DNA from: Sphaerodactylus townsendi
Lineage: Eukaryota
Direction of reading: 5' to 3'
Assembly: GCF_021028975.2 (NCBI RefSeq)
Contig: NC_059425.1
Span: forward strand, 27,404,001 to 27,468,000
DNA: 64,000 bases
Shown here: piece by piece, positions 11,767 through 35,400 of the stretch
Layout of the letters: every line of letters begins with the position of its first letter
Position numbering within the stretch: the stretch's first letter is position 1
Position numbers and translations under genes: made by a program
The notes under the pieces: generated by a model
Databases searched by the model: none
Told to the model about the DNA's origin: nothing
What the model saw: the letters and a program-made list of their open reading frames with translations, nothing else

Positions 11767-14700
11767 ATGGCCGGGGAGGCTGAGTCTCCGGTGCGGCTGG
11801 CGTTAGCCTCACTGCAGGCGGCGTCACAAGACCGGCTGCATCTCCTGCCCTGCGCCGTGCAGCACGACGGCGCCGCTCCGGTCCAGCGCTACTTCTCGCC
11901 GGCCATCCGTGGTCCGCAGGAGCCGGGAGCCGGTGAGCGAGGGGCGGCTTGGAGACCGGGGAAGGCGGACAGCATTCCGTGCGGAGCCGGAGGGTGCATG
12001 GAGGACCACCCCGCTTTGCCCTGCCCCACGGAGGTTTCTGGGGCTGCTCCGCATTTGATGCCTGCCCTCTTCTATTTGCAGAGCACCCGCTTAAGAGTGT
12101 AGGAGGAGCCGCGCTGGATCAGGCCCATGGTCTGTCCAGCATCCTGGTTCCAACAGTGGCCAGACAGACACCCAACTAGTAGGGCCCCTGGCAACAATCC
12201 TCACTTGCCCCCTGCTTCTGAATCTCTCTCTGGCTGTTGGCCAAACCTTTTAAAAAGTCACCTAAGCCCATGGTGTACACTTTGTGGCAGAGAGTTCTGC
12301 AAACCAACCACTGAGTGGATTAGTGCTTTCTTTTGTTGGTCTTGAGTATCTGGCATAGTGTTATTCTAGCACTGTTTAGAACAGTGATGGCGAACCTATG
12401 GCACGGGTGCAAGAGGTGGCACTCGGAGCCCTCTCTGTGGGCACTCGCACACACATCTAGACTGGCCTGGGCCACTGAGCACAACCTGCGTGCACCGCGG
12501 TGAGCAGGAAGGACTTGGCTGGTGGGCCTGGTGCCTGTGCTCTAGGTGGTTGCTGCCCAAGGGGGGGGGGGCGCAGAGGAGGCAGAGATGCTAGAGAGAC
12601 ACAGAACGGTGTGCGCGGGACTTGCTGGAGACTATAGCAGGCTGGCCCCTGCTCGAGCGGGTGGGGCGGAGGAAGAGGGAGCCAACCGGTTTTTTCTAAA
12701 CTAAGACCTCAGCATTCAGGTTAAATTGCTGGGTTGGCACTTTGCGATAAATAAGTGGGGTTTGGATTGCAATTTGGGCACTTGGTCTCAAAAAGGTTCA
12801 CCAACACTGGTTTAGAATAATGGAATCATAGAGTTGGAAGAGGCCACAAGGGCCATCAAGTCCAATCTCCTGTCATTCATGAACACGCAAACAAAGCACT
12901 CCCGACATATGTTCATCCAGCATCTGTTTAAAAACCTCCAAAGAAGAAGACTCCACCACTCTCTGAGGCAGTCAAACAGCTCTGATAGAAAGTTCTTTCT
13001 AATGTTTAGGTAGAATCTCTTTTCCTGCACCTTGAATCCATTACTCTGTGCCCTAGTCTCTGAGGCAACAACACCTCAAATTAGGACACGGAGTAATGGA
13101 TTCAAGGTGCAGGTAAAGAGATTCCACCGAAACATTGGAAGAACTTTCTGATTGTCAGGGTTTCATTCCACACGCTCAGGTATAATGTCCCTGCCAGTTT
13201 CTCTTCCCACAAATTCCTTTCTCTTTTTCCTTCTTTTAATGCCACGTGTTTGTGGCCTAGGCTTGCAAAAAGATCTACTTGCAGCACACCCATTTCACCT
13301 TAACTGATGCACAAGTCGGCCTCAGTAGAGTCCTTGATTATTCCAGGGCTCCCCCCCCCCCCGCCCCCAATGCCTTTAACTCCCTTCAGCTGTTCGGCTT
13401 CAAGTCCTTTGTTTGCATGGGAAAACCCTGCAGTTATAGTAATACCGCGAACCACAAATGGTGATTAATCTAATTGTTTATTATTCATTGTTTTATTATG
13501 TAATTTGTAATTGCCTCAAGTCAGTTTGACCAAGAGTGCAGCAGATACATTTCAAAACATTAAGAGATACACATTAAAGGAAATGCTGGTGTTTTTTCCA
13601 GCTCCTGCAGTTTTGCTGTGAATGTGGAATGGTACAGTGTAGGCCAGTCAGAAGCTAAGCTGGGTTGGTACTTGGGGGACCTCAGAGGAAGACTGCCGAG
13701 CCAGGTGATGGCAAACCACCTCTTCTTAATCACTTGCCTTGAAAACCTCATCCGGAGTCGCTATAGGTCAGCTGCAACGTGACCACTCCTTACACACAAT
13801 TTGAGTCTCTTTCCCCTGCAGAGTCAACAGTATCTTTCCGTGGCCGGATGCTAAAGGGGAAACAGGTCCTTGTCCCTAACGGGTATGTGGGACTGGTGCT
13901 AGAGGAAGGGGTGGCTCCTTACTTGTCATCAAAGGTGAGTTTGAGTGGGGGGGGGGGAGGAATTTATTCTGAATTGGTTTGTGGAGGGCTGTCATTCATC
14001 CTTAATAAGCGCTCCCTTTCTTCTCAGGACCGGAATGTGCAGATAAAGTCTACCTTTGAGTCAATGACTGTGTGGAACCTGGAACAGGCACCCAATGAGA
14101 GTGATGAGATCCTCATGGCCTTCAGCTGGCCCAAAATTGCAGCAGGTGTAAGTATTTTAACTGTTTTGGTGGGTAGAAAATGCTGTCAAGACACAGCCAT
14201 CTTACAACAGCCTTCTAGGGGTTTCAAGGCAAGATACATTCAGACAGAGGCATATCTAGAAAAAAATGTAGCCCGGTAGAAAATCTGAGTTTTCCGCTGT
14301 CGCCCTCCCCCACTATGACCAAACAACCTTTTTTTGCACCTAGTCTTGAAGTCAGTATATGGACCGGGGGGGGGGAGGGGGGGAAACAATTTTCCACAGC
14401 CTGGTGACATTTGACCCCATGTGTTCCCCTGGGCAGTATACTCCTGCATTCAGAGGTGGTTTCCCATTGCCTGCCTCCAAGTAGCAGCCCTTCACTTCCT
14501 TGCTGGTCTCCCATCCAAGTACTCACCAGGGCCAAACCTGCTCAGATTCGCAGATCTGCTGAGATTGGACTAACCTGGCTTATCTCTTACCTGCCCCCAC
14601 TCAACCTTCCTCCAGCCCACAACCTTGACAGATAGTAGTATGTCCAAAGGCTGCTCAGTGAGCATTGCAATTGAGTGGAAATTTGAACCCAGCTCTCCTG

Positions 14701-16290
14701 GCCCAAGGCACGTTTGCAGACAGTCTATTCTAGCGGCCCCAGGTATTCAATGTATATGCAGTGTAGGTGCATAAAGTGCATATTGAGAGAAAAAGGGAGA
14801 GGGTTTGTCCTTCTCAAATTCTTCTCAGGAGAGTTTGGGGCTTGTTTCGTGACTAGCAAATGTGATATTTTTTGGGGGGGAGGGGGGAAGCTGCCACTCA
14901 CTGTCATGTAGTGACCACCCCCGGGACATGAATTAGAATGCTATTCTCACCATCTGATCTTATATAATTTGTATATTAATTTTATATTGGTTTTATACTA
15001 TTTGTAATTGGTTTTATCTTGGTAAGTTTTAATATGTATTGTACACCGCCCAGAGTCCTTCGGGGGTGGGCGGTATATTAAATCTAATAAATAAATAATA
15101 AAATGCTAGACAAGGGTGTGGGAGTCCCAGGTGCAAATCCTCCTGCTATCACAGAAATGAACTTAGGCCAGTCACTCTCAGCCAACCTACCTCACAGGAT
15201 CAGTGTTGTGCGGAGAGAACAATATCAGAAGCCACCTTGCAGGAGCCCTCTTAGCATCAGTATCTAAATACATAAGATTACCTTGTTCCTTATAAACTGG
15301 GAGGTAAGATAGAAAGGAAGACTCAAATGCAATTCAAAGGATGACATAAATGAATTGGCAGTGTTGGTTATATTCTTATTTAAAAACCTACACCTAGCCA
15401 AGCAACTGAGTTGGTGACTGCAATCACTTGGGATTACCTAAAATATTCCTGTACTTCCTTTTTTATTTTAGCTTTTTCAACTTCATTATAGCTTTAACCC
15501 TTTGAATAACATGTTAAATAGCTGAAGCTGTATTACAGAGCAGCATTTTCTTTACCCCTCTGCCTACCGCTAGACACCTGTTTTGGAAAAGTAGGGATCA
15601 TAGGGTTGCAGCATAGCTCAGGGGCTAACCCCACTGCTATATGCTAAGCCAGTGATCCTCAAGGTGCCTTCAGATATGGTCCCAGGCCCTTTCTTCCCTA
15701 AAGCAGAAAGCCAGCCCTGATTTTCCCTCATCTCATTGGAGCAAGGAAGTGTTTCAGAAACAACTTTTGGCATCATATGAGGATTCTTGGCTTGGGACTT
15801 CCCGATATTTTGTGACTGGCCCCACCTCTCACAGTAACCTTTTGGTTGCTCTACCCCAGTAGTTCTCAACCTGGGGGTCAGGACCCCTTTGGGGGGTCGA
15901 ACAACCCTTTCACAGGGGTCACCTAAGACTCTATGCATCAGTGTTCTCCTTCTGTAAAATGGATAAACGTTAGGGTTGGGGGTCACCACAACATGAGGAA
16001 CTGTATGAAAGGGTCGTGGCATTAGGAAGGTTGAGAACAACTGCTCTACCCTCTCATCTTTCTAAAAATTCCAAAGCGCCACATAGTTGGGGACAACTGT
16101 GCTCGGCTGTTCATTGCCTAGACTGGATGCCTCCTTTCTGCTAAGCTGAGAAACTAGAGATTTTATTGAGGACTAGCATCTTGAAACTGATACGAAAGGG
16201 CCTTTTTGCATACAAGAGACAGGAATGTGGCTGTAAAATACGGTCAATGTATCCTTCCAGATCCATGCTCCCGTGCCTGATGAAGAATAA
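11767..16290 (+). CDS. RNASEH2C: Ribonuclease H2 subunit C, join(11767..11932,13822..13934,14028..14147,16261..16290), 142 aa
   Basis: LHLLPCAVQHDG.APV.RYFSPAIR, VSFRGR.L.G…VP.GYVGLV, W.LE..P and WP.IAA|IHAPVPDEE* match the RNase H2C family; canonical splice sites with phases 1,0,0. Confidence 0.95.
12382..12809. mobile_element. Non-autonomous hAT element (hAT1-like termini)
   Basis: TIRs CAGTGATGGCGAACCT/AGGTTCACCAACACTG; 8-bp TSD GTTTAGAA. Confidence 0.85.
12822..13075 (-). mobile_element. CR1 LINE 3' fragment
   Basis: GAATCATAGAGTTGGAAG tail and a degenerate RT C-terminus (RF.LNIRKNFL). Confidence 0.8.
15857..16043. mobile_element. SPIN-like (URR1-type) hAT MITE
   Basis: Termini CAGTAGTTCTCAACCTG…CACCACAACATGAGGAACTGTAT…AGGTTGAGAACAACTG; TSD CTCTACCC. 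Confidence 0.85.
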
Positions 16291-16672
16291 GGTAGACAGC
16301 CAGCTGCAAATATAATGCTGAAGGAGATATACAGCACTTTGGGTTTGGGTCCGATTGCTGGAGATAGAGGAACCCCGCAGAACCTGGATGAGACAGCTGC
16401 TCAGCGGTCACCAGTCCAACTTGACCAGATGCTTTTTTTCCTGCTTATTCCAACCCACACTGTGGAATTTTATATACATGCTGGCTGAACTGTGATGCAG
16501 AATTTGGCTTTCTTCCTCTGTCGGTCACCCTGGTAGCTTTAAAGCTTTTCTGCTTTGGAGGTAAGAGGGATTCTGACTAAGAAAACAGTTTGGTTTGTAC
16601 TACAATTGTTAGAATGGCTTCCTGTTTCCAAACATACACTTCCCAAAGGCAGCTACGACAAACGTACCTTGT

Positions 16673-16678
16673 ATTAAA
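16673..16678 (+). terminator. Probable poly(A) signal (ATTAAA) of RNASEH2C
   Basis: First ATTAAA/AATAAA hexamer I found after the stop at 16290; followed by GT/T-rich sequence. Confidence 0.45.
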
Positions 16679-16862
16679 AGCATAAGACTTGTGTTTAATG
16701 TTCTCCCTTCATTGTGTCCCAGTTCCTAAGGCCTGCGCCTTATAAAACCTCAACTACAGGTAAGGTTTCATAAGATTCGTAATTATTAGATATGTGATTA
16801 TGATCACAGAAGAACCAACCGCACAGATGAAAATGCACATAGTCTTTGAAACACTTCATTAA

Positions 16863-16868
16863 TTTATT
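16863..16868 (-). terminator. Probable poly(A) signal (AATAAA) of KAT5
   Basis: TTTATT on +, ~720 nt after the KAT5 stop. Confidence 0.55.
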
Positions 16869-17589
16869 TTGAGAACAAGAGCCAGATGGGGTTTTAGCTC
16901 TCCACCTCTGTTTCACAGAGGTGTTGGGCTGACACGATAAAGGAACCCTTTTCCTTAGCCAAGAGGTGTTCTACTGCTATAGATACTCCACCTTTAGAGC
17001 AGCAGAAGGTAAAGGCTCTTCCCTCGCCTTACTCACAGAAGGCTGCCACAACAAGTTGCTTCTGGCCCTTGGGCTCATGGGCAAGAGCATCCAGGCCTTG
17101 GGCTAAAGCAGAACAGTTTTACCTGGGAGCTGTAGCATGATTCTGTCTGGAGAACAGTGGTGACAGCAGCTACTCCACTACAGCCCCACAGCAGCAGAGC
17201 ATTATGGGAAAGTAGTCCACTGCTAAGAATCTTGTCCCTCTTGAAGCAGGATCCACAAGGATTCTAGCTACTGAATTTGCTTCGATTAAGAAAAATCTTT
17301 GGTTCCCATTCTCCTCCACAGTAACTTGGCATTGGGAAGGGCGGAATGAGAAAAGGAAAGATATACTGGTCTGTGCTTTCAGGATTTCTGTACAAGATGA
17401 AAATATACAGTCCTATATACAAATGGGCAGGCCAGACCAGGCAGGCCTGGTCAGCTCTGCCTGTGGTTCAGGTCTGGCAGAAAAATGTCTTTGAAGGAGT
17501 GTCTGAGCATTCTGCCCCGGCCCTCATTGTCCTGGTGCGAGAGGGTCTGCCAACAGCCACTCTTCACTTTGAACGGTCAGATTCCACTC

Positions 17590-28256
<10,667 letters not shown>

Positions 28257-29364
28257 CTTGGACCCTCGCCGTTGGTTGAGGCCTTCTCTTCCGGCGTCTA
28301 CGTGAATCTCTTCCATGACAATGAGAGCCACTTCCGGTGTCAATTTAAGAGGAAATAACACCATTCAAAAAGGGAAGCGTCATTTTTCGACGGCGACAGC
28401 CAAAAGTCTGTCATGTGATGGGGAGCCAACCCGACGTGAACGTCATTAGGCGTCTGCGCTCACTGTCACGTGACGCGCCCATCTCGAATTACCCGGATGT
28501 TGGCCCAGTTTGTTGTCGTTTATTGATATGCTTTATCGGTTTGTGATTGATTAATCAGGGCCAACCTGTATCATAGATATTGCTATATTTCCTTTATTAG
28601 CAGCAGTCCCCGTCACAGGAAACAAGGACTACTGACTTATACTCTTCTTTGAAAAGCCATTGCAAGGCTAATGGATTCCCCTGAAGAAGCCTCTTGGCAT
28701 AGGAAATTTGAATTTGAGTAATAAAATATATATATTTACTTATTTTGCATCATTGGCCTTGGCCTTATTTTTATGCCTTTATTTATTAGCAGCAGTTCCA
28801 GACACAGACGGTGGGGTGGGGTGGGGTGGGGGGTGCTTTTTTCTTTTAATTTTGTAATGCTCACTCTGTTATGGGAAATTGCCGGGTGACTTTGGGTCAC
28901 GCACACGCTCTCAGCTCAATCTACCTCACAGGAATGTTGTATGGATGAAATGGAAAACGTGATCAGCTGCTTTAAGCCCCTTTTTTGGGGGGGGAGGCAG
29001 AATATAAATGAAGGAAATAACATTTACACCCAAGCCCTCCAGCAGCTCAGGTGGGCGTTCCTACAATTCGCAACTCGCACGTACCCCTCGGGGTTCTTCC
29101 CGTGACGTCTTCCGCACTTTCCCGAACTGGGGGAGATTTGCATAAAGGGGCGGGGAGAAGAGAGGCGGGGCGTTGGGTCACGTGGGGCGGGGTGTTTTCT
29201 CTGCCCAGGCAGTCCTACCGCGCACCGAGAGTTTCACCACGGGCCGGGCGCGCCTCTGATCGACCGCTCCTGTTGCCGGAAGGGGGCGGGGCCAAGGGTC
29301 CCCCAACCGGGCCCCGATCCTCGCACCGTCTCCCCCCTCCCTTCGGAACTTCCTCCTTCCTGTG
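28257..29364. promoter_or_regulatory. Divergent KAT5/RELA promoter region (two CpG clusters)
   Basis: KAT5 side: YY1-like CCGCCATCTT over the ATG, ETS ACTTCCGG 28330, palindromic E-box GTCACGTGAC 28465-28474. RELA side: CRE-like TGACGTCT 29103, octamer ATTTGCAT 29136-29143, E-box GTCACGTG 29177, several GGGGCGGGG boxes. G-tract run ~28813-28833. Confidence 0.75.
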
Positions 29365-29412
29365 ATGGGGGACGACCTGGACCCGATCCCGTCCTCCTAC
29401 TCCTCTCCGACC

Positions 29413-32400
29413 ATGGAAGGTGAGCCCGGGCCTCCTTCCCTCCCTCCCCCTCTTAGCTTTGGTGCCGGTCCGTGACAGCCCGCCTTTCTTCCTCTTTGCT
29501 GTCGTCCAGTGGGGTTTCTTCCCTCTGCTCGGGAAAGGATCCCCCCCCCCCCGTCATGCACGGAAAAGCCTTGTCTCGCGTGGGGAGGAATAGACGGCGC
29601 GTCTCAATGTTTGGGGCGGGATAGTCGGCGGCCGGTTTTGGTACTGAAGTACGCTGTTCAGATTCTTTGGGGTAGAAGAGGGCTGGAGGTGGTGGTTGGG
29701 GATGGCGGTGAAGTATGTAGTGTAATTGGCAGAGATCGATCAGAGTTGGGAGGAAGTGATTACAGAGGGGTGGTCTCGACCGCGGTCTTTTTTTATTAAC
29801 CCACCTTAAAAAAGTTTGTTTCTTCCAATCCTTGGAAAATGTGCTGACAATGTAAACTTCCTCCCAATTTACATTTCAGCTTCGCGCCTTTCCCCGTCCT
29901 TGAAGTTTAATGTGTCCTGTAGTACGGCTGCAACAACTGCCTTTGGTACGTGCTGTGGAAATAATAATAAAGAAGGCAGTGTTCTGGAGCATGTGCAGAG
30001 TGCTTCCCTCTCATCATTGAGTGGATGCCTCTAAACTTGCATACAGGAGGGAAGGAAAGATACCAGATCTGGCTCCCAGCTAGAGTTTAATGCTGTTGGT
30101 TGGCTTGCGGGAGGGAGAGTTGGCCTTTAAATACAGCACAAAAGACTTGCTGCAGGCTTTCCAAGACTGGCCATTTGCACCATTAACAGGGAGGTTTGCA
30201 TGAAGTGTCATGGAGATTGCTATTCTTTGCTGATTGTTCTAGTCCAGGGGTAGAGAACCTGCGGCTCTCCAGATGTTCAGGAACTACAATTCCCATCAGC
30301 CCCTACCAGCATGGCCAATTGGCCATGCTGACAGAGGCTGATGGGAATTGTAGTTCCTGAACATCTGGAGAGCCGCAGGTTCCCTACCCCTGTTCTAGTC
30401 TCTAGAGCAGACTGACTGCCTCTGAATGTGGAAGTTCTTTTATTTTGGGTGGTAGTGTATGTTCATCTGTCAGTGAATCAGCGCTGTGGTTCTTTCAGTT
30501 ATCTGTGGTGTTACATCTTAAACTGTGCATGTTACATACATTTGTTACATTATGGAGTTTTAATTTTCAGATCTTGTTAGCACATACGCTCTTTCAAACA
30601 TTTTCTGTATTGGAATATTCATATATACCAGTGGTTCTCAACCTGTGGGTCGGGACCCTTTTGGGGGTTGAACGACCCTTTCACAGGGGTCGCCTAAGAC
30701 ACTCTGCATCAGTGTTCTCCACCTTTAAAATGGATAAATGTTAGGGTTGGGAGTCACCACAACATGAGGAACTGTATTAAAGGGTCGCAGCATTAGGAAG
30801 GTTGAGAACCACTGATATATACAGTGGAGCAACCCAAAGCCACATAACAACTGTGTAGGTGGAACAAATTCTGTATTTAAATACTGTGAAGAACTTTCCT
30901 TTCATTTGCGCTGTATCTATTGACAGATTCAAACAGGAAAGTAGGTTTCAGGATAGTGCTGATAAACAATTTATTTGCAGGAAATGTGTGTGACTGTCAC
31001 TGGAATTCAAAATGTATAGCTGTTAATATTTACATGTGGATGCTGATGATCCCAAATGGCTTTTGTAAATGTCCCAATGTGGAGGCAAGCAGTTGTTATA
31101 GGTGGCTATCAATAGTCTTTGGTATATATCTTTGAGATTCTGGTTATTACCTTAAATTAGACTGCAGTTGTTAACATGTACTACATTTCAGATAGTCTGT
31201 GTAGCAGATGTCTATATCCTCAGTGCATTTGGAAAATAATAATTGTGATTTCAGAAATGAATGCATCAAATCACAATAGGCAGCGATACTAGAATGTATC
31301 GCTATCAAAACCTGCTTTCGTGGGCAGGCATTTCTGCTCCAACACTTGGCTCACACACTCCATGTGTGTGTATGTTTTACTTCTGTCTGCTGGTGGCTCA
31401 ACATTTTCAGTTGGATACACATGCTTATGTCTATGACAAGAACTGCTAAGATATAGGAATTAGAGATTCAGACTGGTCAAGTTAAATTTGCCATGAAACG
31501 TGCTGGGTGATGTGTTGCCAGTCACTTTCTCTTGGCCTAACCTACCTTGCAGGGTGGTTGTGGTAAGAGAGGCATTGTGTGTGCTTCTTGAGCTGCTTGA
31601 AAGAAGGGCAGGATTAATACGTACTACCGTAGTTGGAAAGGTTACGTTCGGAAAGGTAGAGAAGCTTGTCACAGCCGTGGCCTGTCTCTTAGCAGGGAGT
31701 AAATGAAGAGTGTGTAAATCCAGCAGTTCACCAGCTTTAATAATTGTCCCAGCTTCTGAGGCCAATACAGGGTACTGTTTGGTGTACTTCATGATTTGAT
31801 GCAATATGGAACAGTGTGGAGAATTCAGTCTGCTGAGAATCTTGATTTTAGCTACTTTTGAAAAAAAGGTTAGATAAAAAAAAGGTTTCTAGCCTCTATG
31901 GATGCAGAGATACCCTGTGAGAAAGACTGAAATCTTAGAAACTAGAGAGGTAGCTGTGGAAGAGCCAATCTGCATGTCACAGAATGAGGGGGCTGTTTGG
32001 GAAAGGCCGAATTCAAGCCTGTGCAACTTCAGACTGAAAGTGTTTAAGAACATGTTTCCCCACATGAGCCGAAAAATATCACTGCTTATAGTGTTTAACT
32101 CTCTTCCCAATAATGGGCCACAAGACATCTTTTTGAATATGGTTCATTTAAAACCTCTCTAGACACAGAAAACCAACAAGCTAGATACACTTTAGTGTAA
32201 CCAGCTTGTTGGTTTTCTGTGTCTAGAGAGGTTTTAAACGAACCGTATCCAAAAAGATGTCTTCTGCCCCATACCCACAGTCTCCAGTAGTACAGCCCAC
32301 AACTCTAGTCCCTGTCAAGTGTTGCTATATGATTTTGGAGGCCGGAACATCAGCACCTGTTACTTCTATGTATCACTAGAATAAGTGACTAAGATGATAC

Positions 32401-35400
32401 AAACATACCTGATTTGGGCTAGTTTCTGAATTGTTGAACCTTTATTCTTTTTAAAGGGCTGCTCAGTGTCCTGTCAGGTTGGAAGGGAATGCCAAAAAAG
32501 GGGGAAAGGGCCGCGGCCTTTATTGTTGTGGTTCCCAAACCGCAAAACCTCTCCCGGTATCCCGAGCTTTTCTGTGGAAAGGGAATGGTCTTTCCGTGCT
32601 GATGAGCATTCAAGTTGGCTGCATGTTTGTCGCTCCGTTTTGAGCAGAGGCAGCTGCTAGTTTTTGCTGTTCTGACATATATCGTTCCTTGATGTGGTTT
32701 GGTGGAGATGCATTTGTCGCCGTAAATGGAGCACCATTTGAGCGAGTGGCCCTTCACGCAGTCATGTCATTCAAAAAGGAACTGGTCTCTGCTCCAAGGA
32801 GCTTAAAGTTTAAATTCTGATGTGGAGGCAAGGCAATGAAAGGGAAGAGAAAGGAGAGATCAAGCAGCTTTGAACCCCAGTTGGCCGGGGAAGGTTTCAG
32901 AGCATAGGTGTGTTGGTCAGCAGCAGAAGAGCAAGATTTGAGTCCAGTAGCACCTCGAAGGTTTTGGTGGTACGAGCTGTCTAGAGTCCTTTGTCAGCTC
33001 TGGATGACTGAAGAAATAACACATATTTATGAAGGATGCAGGAGAGCCACTTTCCTCCTAGAAGAGCTACTGCCCTGTAGAGATCACATGTCTCATCTAA
33101 CCTTACTCTACAGACCTTGACTGGTGGTACTGGGTCTTTCAGGAGGGGTACCAAGCCCTGTCTCTGAAGGGGGGAGCCCTGCCAAGGAGGGACAATGACC
33201 AGGCTTTAGTCACAGTGGGGAGAAGGGTCTTTGCATATTCTCAGAGTCTCCCTCTTCTTTGGCCACTGTTTCACAAAACCACAAGGATTACATCTGACAT
33301 CATGAAAGCCGTTTCTGCTCGCTTTGCAAGAATGCTCTATGGAATCCCTTGGGATATGTTCTATCTCACAATAATGAAGCATACTTGTTCGGGAAACCAA
33401 AATAGCATCCAACAGGAAGTGTTTGATTTTCCAGCCTCTCTGTGTCCCAGAGACATGGAGTGGTGAGAGAGGAACAGTTCCAAAATAAAGTTGGCTTTGC
33501 TCCAGAACGGCTACCGAGGCTGGAGGGAATGTGTGCGTTGCGCTCATTTTCTTGATTACAAATCTGTAGCATCACTTGAATCGGTGACTAGCTCTGTCTG
33601 TACATCTTAAAGGCAGAGTCATGGAGTTTGACTAAAGCCAGAAGGCAGCCACCGAATGCTTGCTTTGAGGTCCTGTAAATATAGTTGTTGGGTGACTGGG
33701 GTAATGGACAGCAAGGGAATTTTGCTCCTCCCCTTCCCGGAATTCTCTGAGAAAGGCCTTAATCCTCTGCCAAGTCCTCTGGCTTGATTCCAAGCCTTTC
33801 CAAAGACTGCCCTGAAGTGAGAATGTGTATGTATCTGAAGACTTGGAAGAGGGGAGGGGCCAGTTTCACCAACAAACAGGGACTGGCTACCAAACCCTGG
33901 CTCTGCGATTTGTGATTTCTGAGTGCATATGGGGTGCATTTCCATCCCTAAACAAGAAAGCGCAGCCTCTTCCTTCCCCTTCTCCTAAATCTATTCTCTG
34001 TGTGAGTGTGGTCATTGTGTGCATAAAGATGGAGTGTTTGTTGGTTGGGGTAGGGGTGGGGATTGTTTCAAGACTTCAAAGTTGGTCGCTAGGTGTCTTG
34101 CTAGTTGGGGATACCGTTGTAAAAAATCTTGAAACTCTAATTTGGGTCCACATGATTTAAACTTGGTGGATACCGCCTCTTTTGAAGTTGCTTTGGTCCA
34201 GATTGTTTTTCTTTGGAAAAGTGTAATTCATAGCTCAGTCAGTGGTCCAGCACTTGTTTTATGGGCATAGGGATTCAGATTTACTCTGCATCCTCTCTGG
34301 TTATAGGATCTCTGAGGGCCAATGAAGGAAAGATGTGCTTCACTCTGCAGTGTCGCATAGGCGACGCTGTGTTGGATGGGCTGAGATAGGGCAGTTTTGA
34401 ATATTTGAAATTGACTTTGACTTGAGAACCTTCTTTCCTTGTCTCTGGTGGAGCTCTTCTGTTCCAAACTAAAGGTAAGGCAACCTTGGCTTCGCGCCCT
34501 AAGTTTGTTGGTGCGCTTTAGAGAATTCTGTGAGTAGGCAGTCTCTCCACAGGACCTTGCTTTTGTTTATTTGCTTTCGGCAATGAAAACCATCAAATAA
34601 AAGTCAAGACAGTAAAAATAAATTATACCAATTAAACCAGCCAAGCCAATAAATGAAATCCAAACATGAAAACATAACATAAAAACATTACCCATAGCTC
34701 AAAAGCAAAGCAAGGGTAACTGACTTGTCATTCAGAATGTAGCCCCAAACTTGGGCTCTAATGTGATTTTTGATTCAACATTATCTCTGAGCATGGAGAG
34801 AGTGCGAAGGAACTGTCTTCTGTGTCTGGGGTTAGGGATAGAACTACCGGAAGGCCTGAATATCAGCACCTTTTTAACAAGGCAATTAAGCATGGACATT
34901 TTTCTTCCTTTACATACTGCTTAACTATCCCATAGCTTTTGGGGTCTGTATCATTTGCATCCCTGACTAAGAATCGGGAGGGCAGGTTGTACTCAATTTC
35001 TGACTTTATCAACTCTCTTTTCTGGGAAGATGAGGCTCTAGAGCAGGGGTCTGCAACCCGTGGCTCCGGAGCCGCATGCGGCTCTTTCAGCCTTATACTG
35101 CAGCTCTGCATGGCCTGGAGGTTGGAGGGTAGCGTGGGCGTGTCCCTCCAGAGCAGCGTTGGAAGGAAAGGTGAGGAGAGGGGCCGAACCGGAGGTGGTT
35201 CCATGCGGAGCCCCCTCCGGCTCAGTAGATCTTCAGGGCCTTGGAAAACGGGTCCAAATGGCTCTTTGGGTGGTAAAGGTTGCCGACCCCTGCTCTAGAG
35301 TTACCCAGCCACCCAACTACAAATAAATTTGGGGAACAAAAGCTGCCCCTCTTGTATTTTTCAGCATTTGGAACTTGATTTTGGACCCTGAAGCAATAAA

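Noticed and set aside
28257-28364. In-frame upstream extension of KAT5 (MVLFPLKL…)
   Set aside because: Overlaps the ETS promoter motif and probably lies upstream of the TSS; not recognisably conserved
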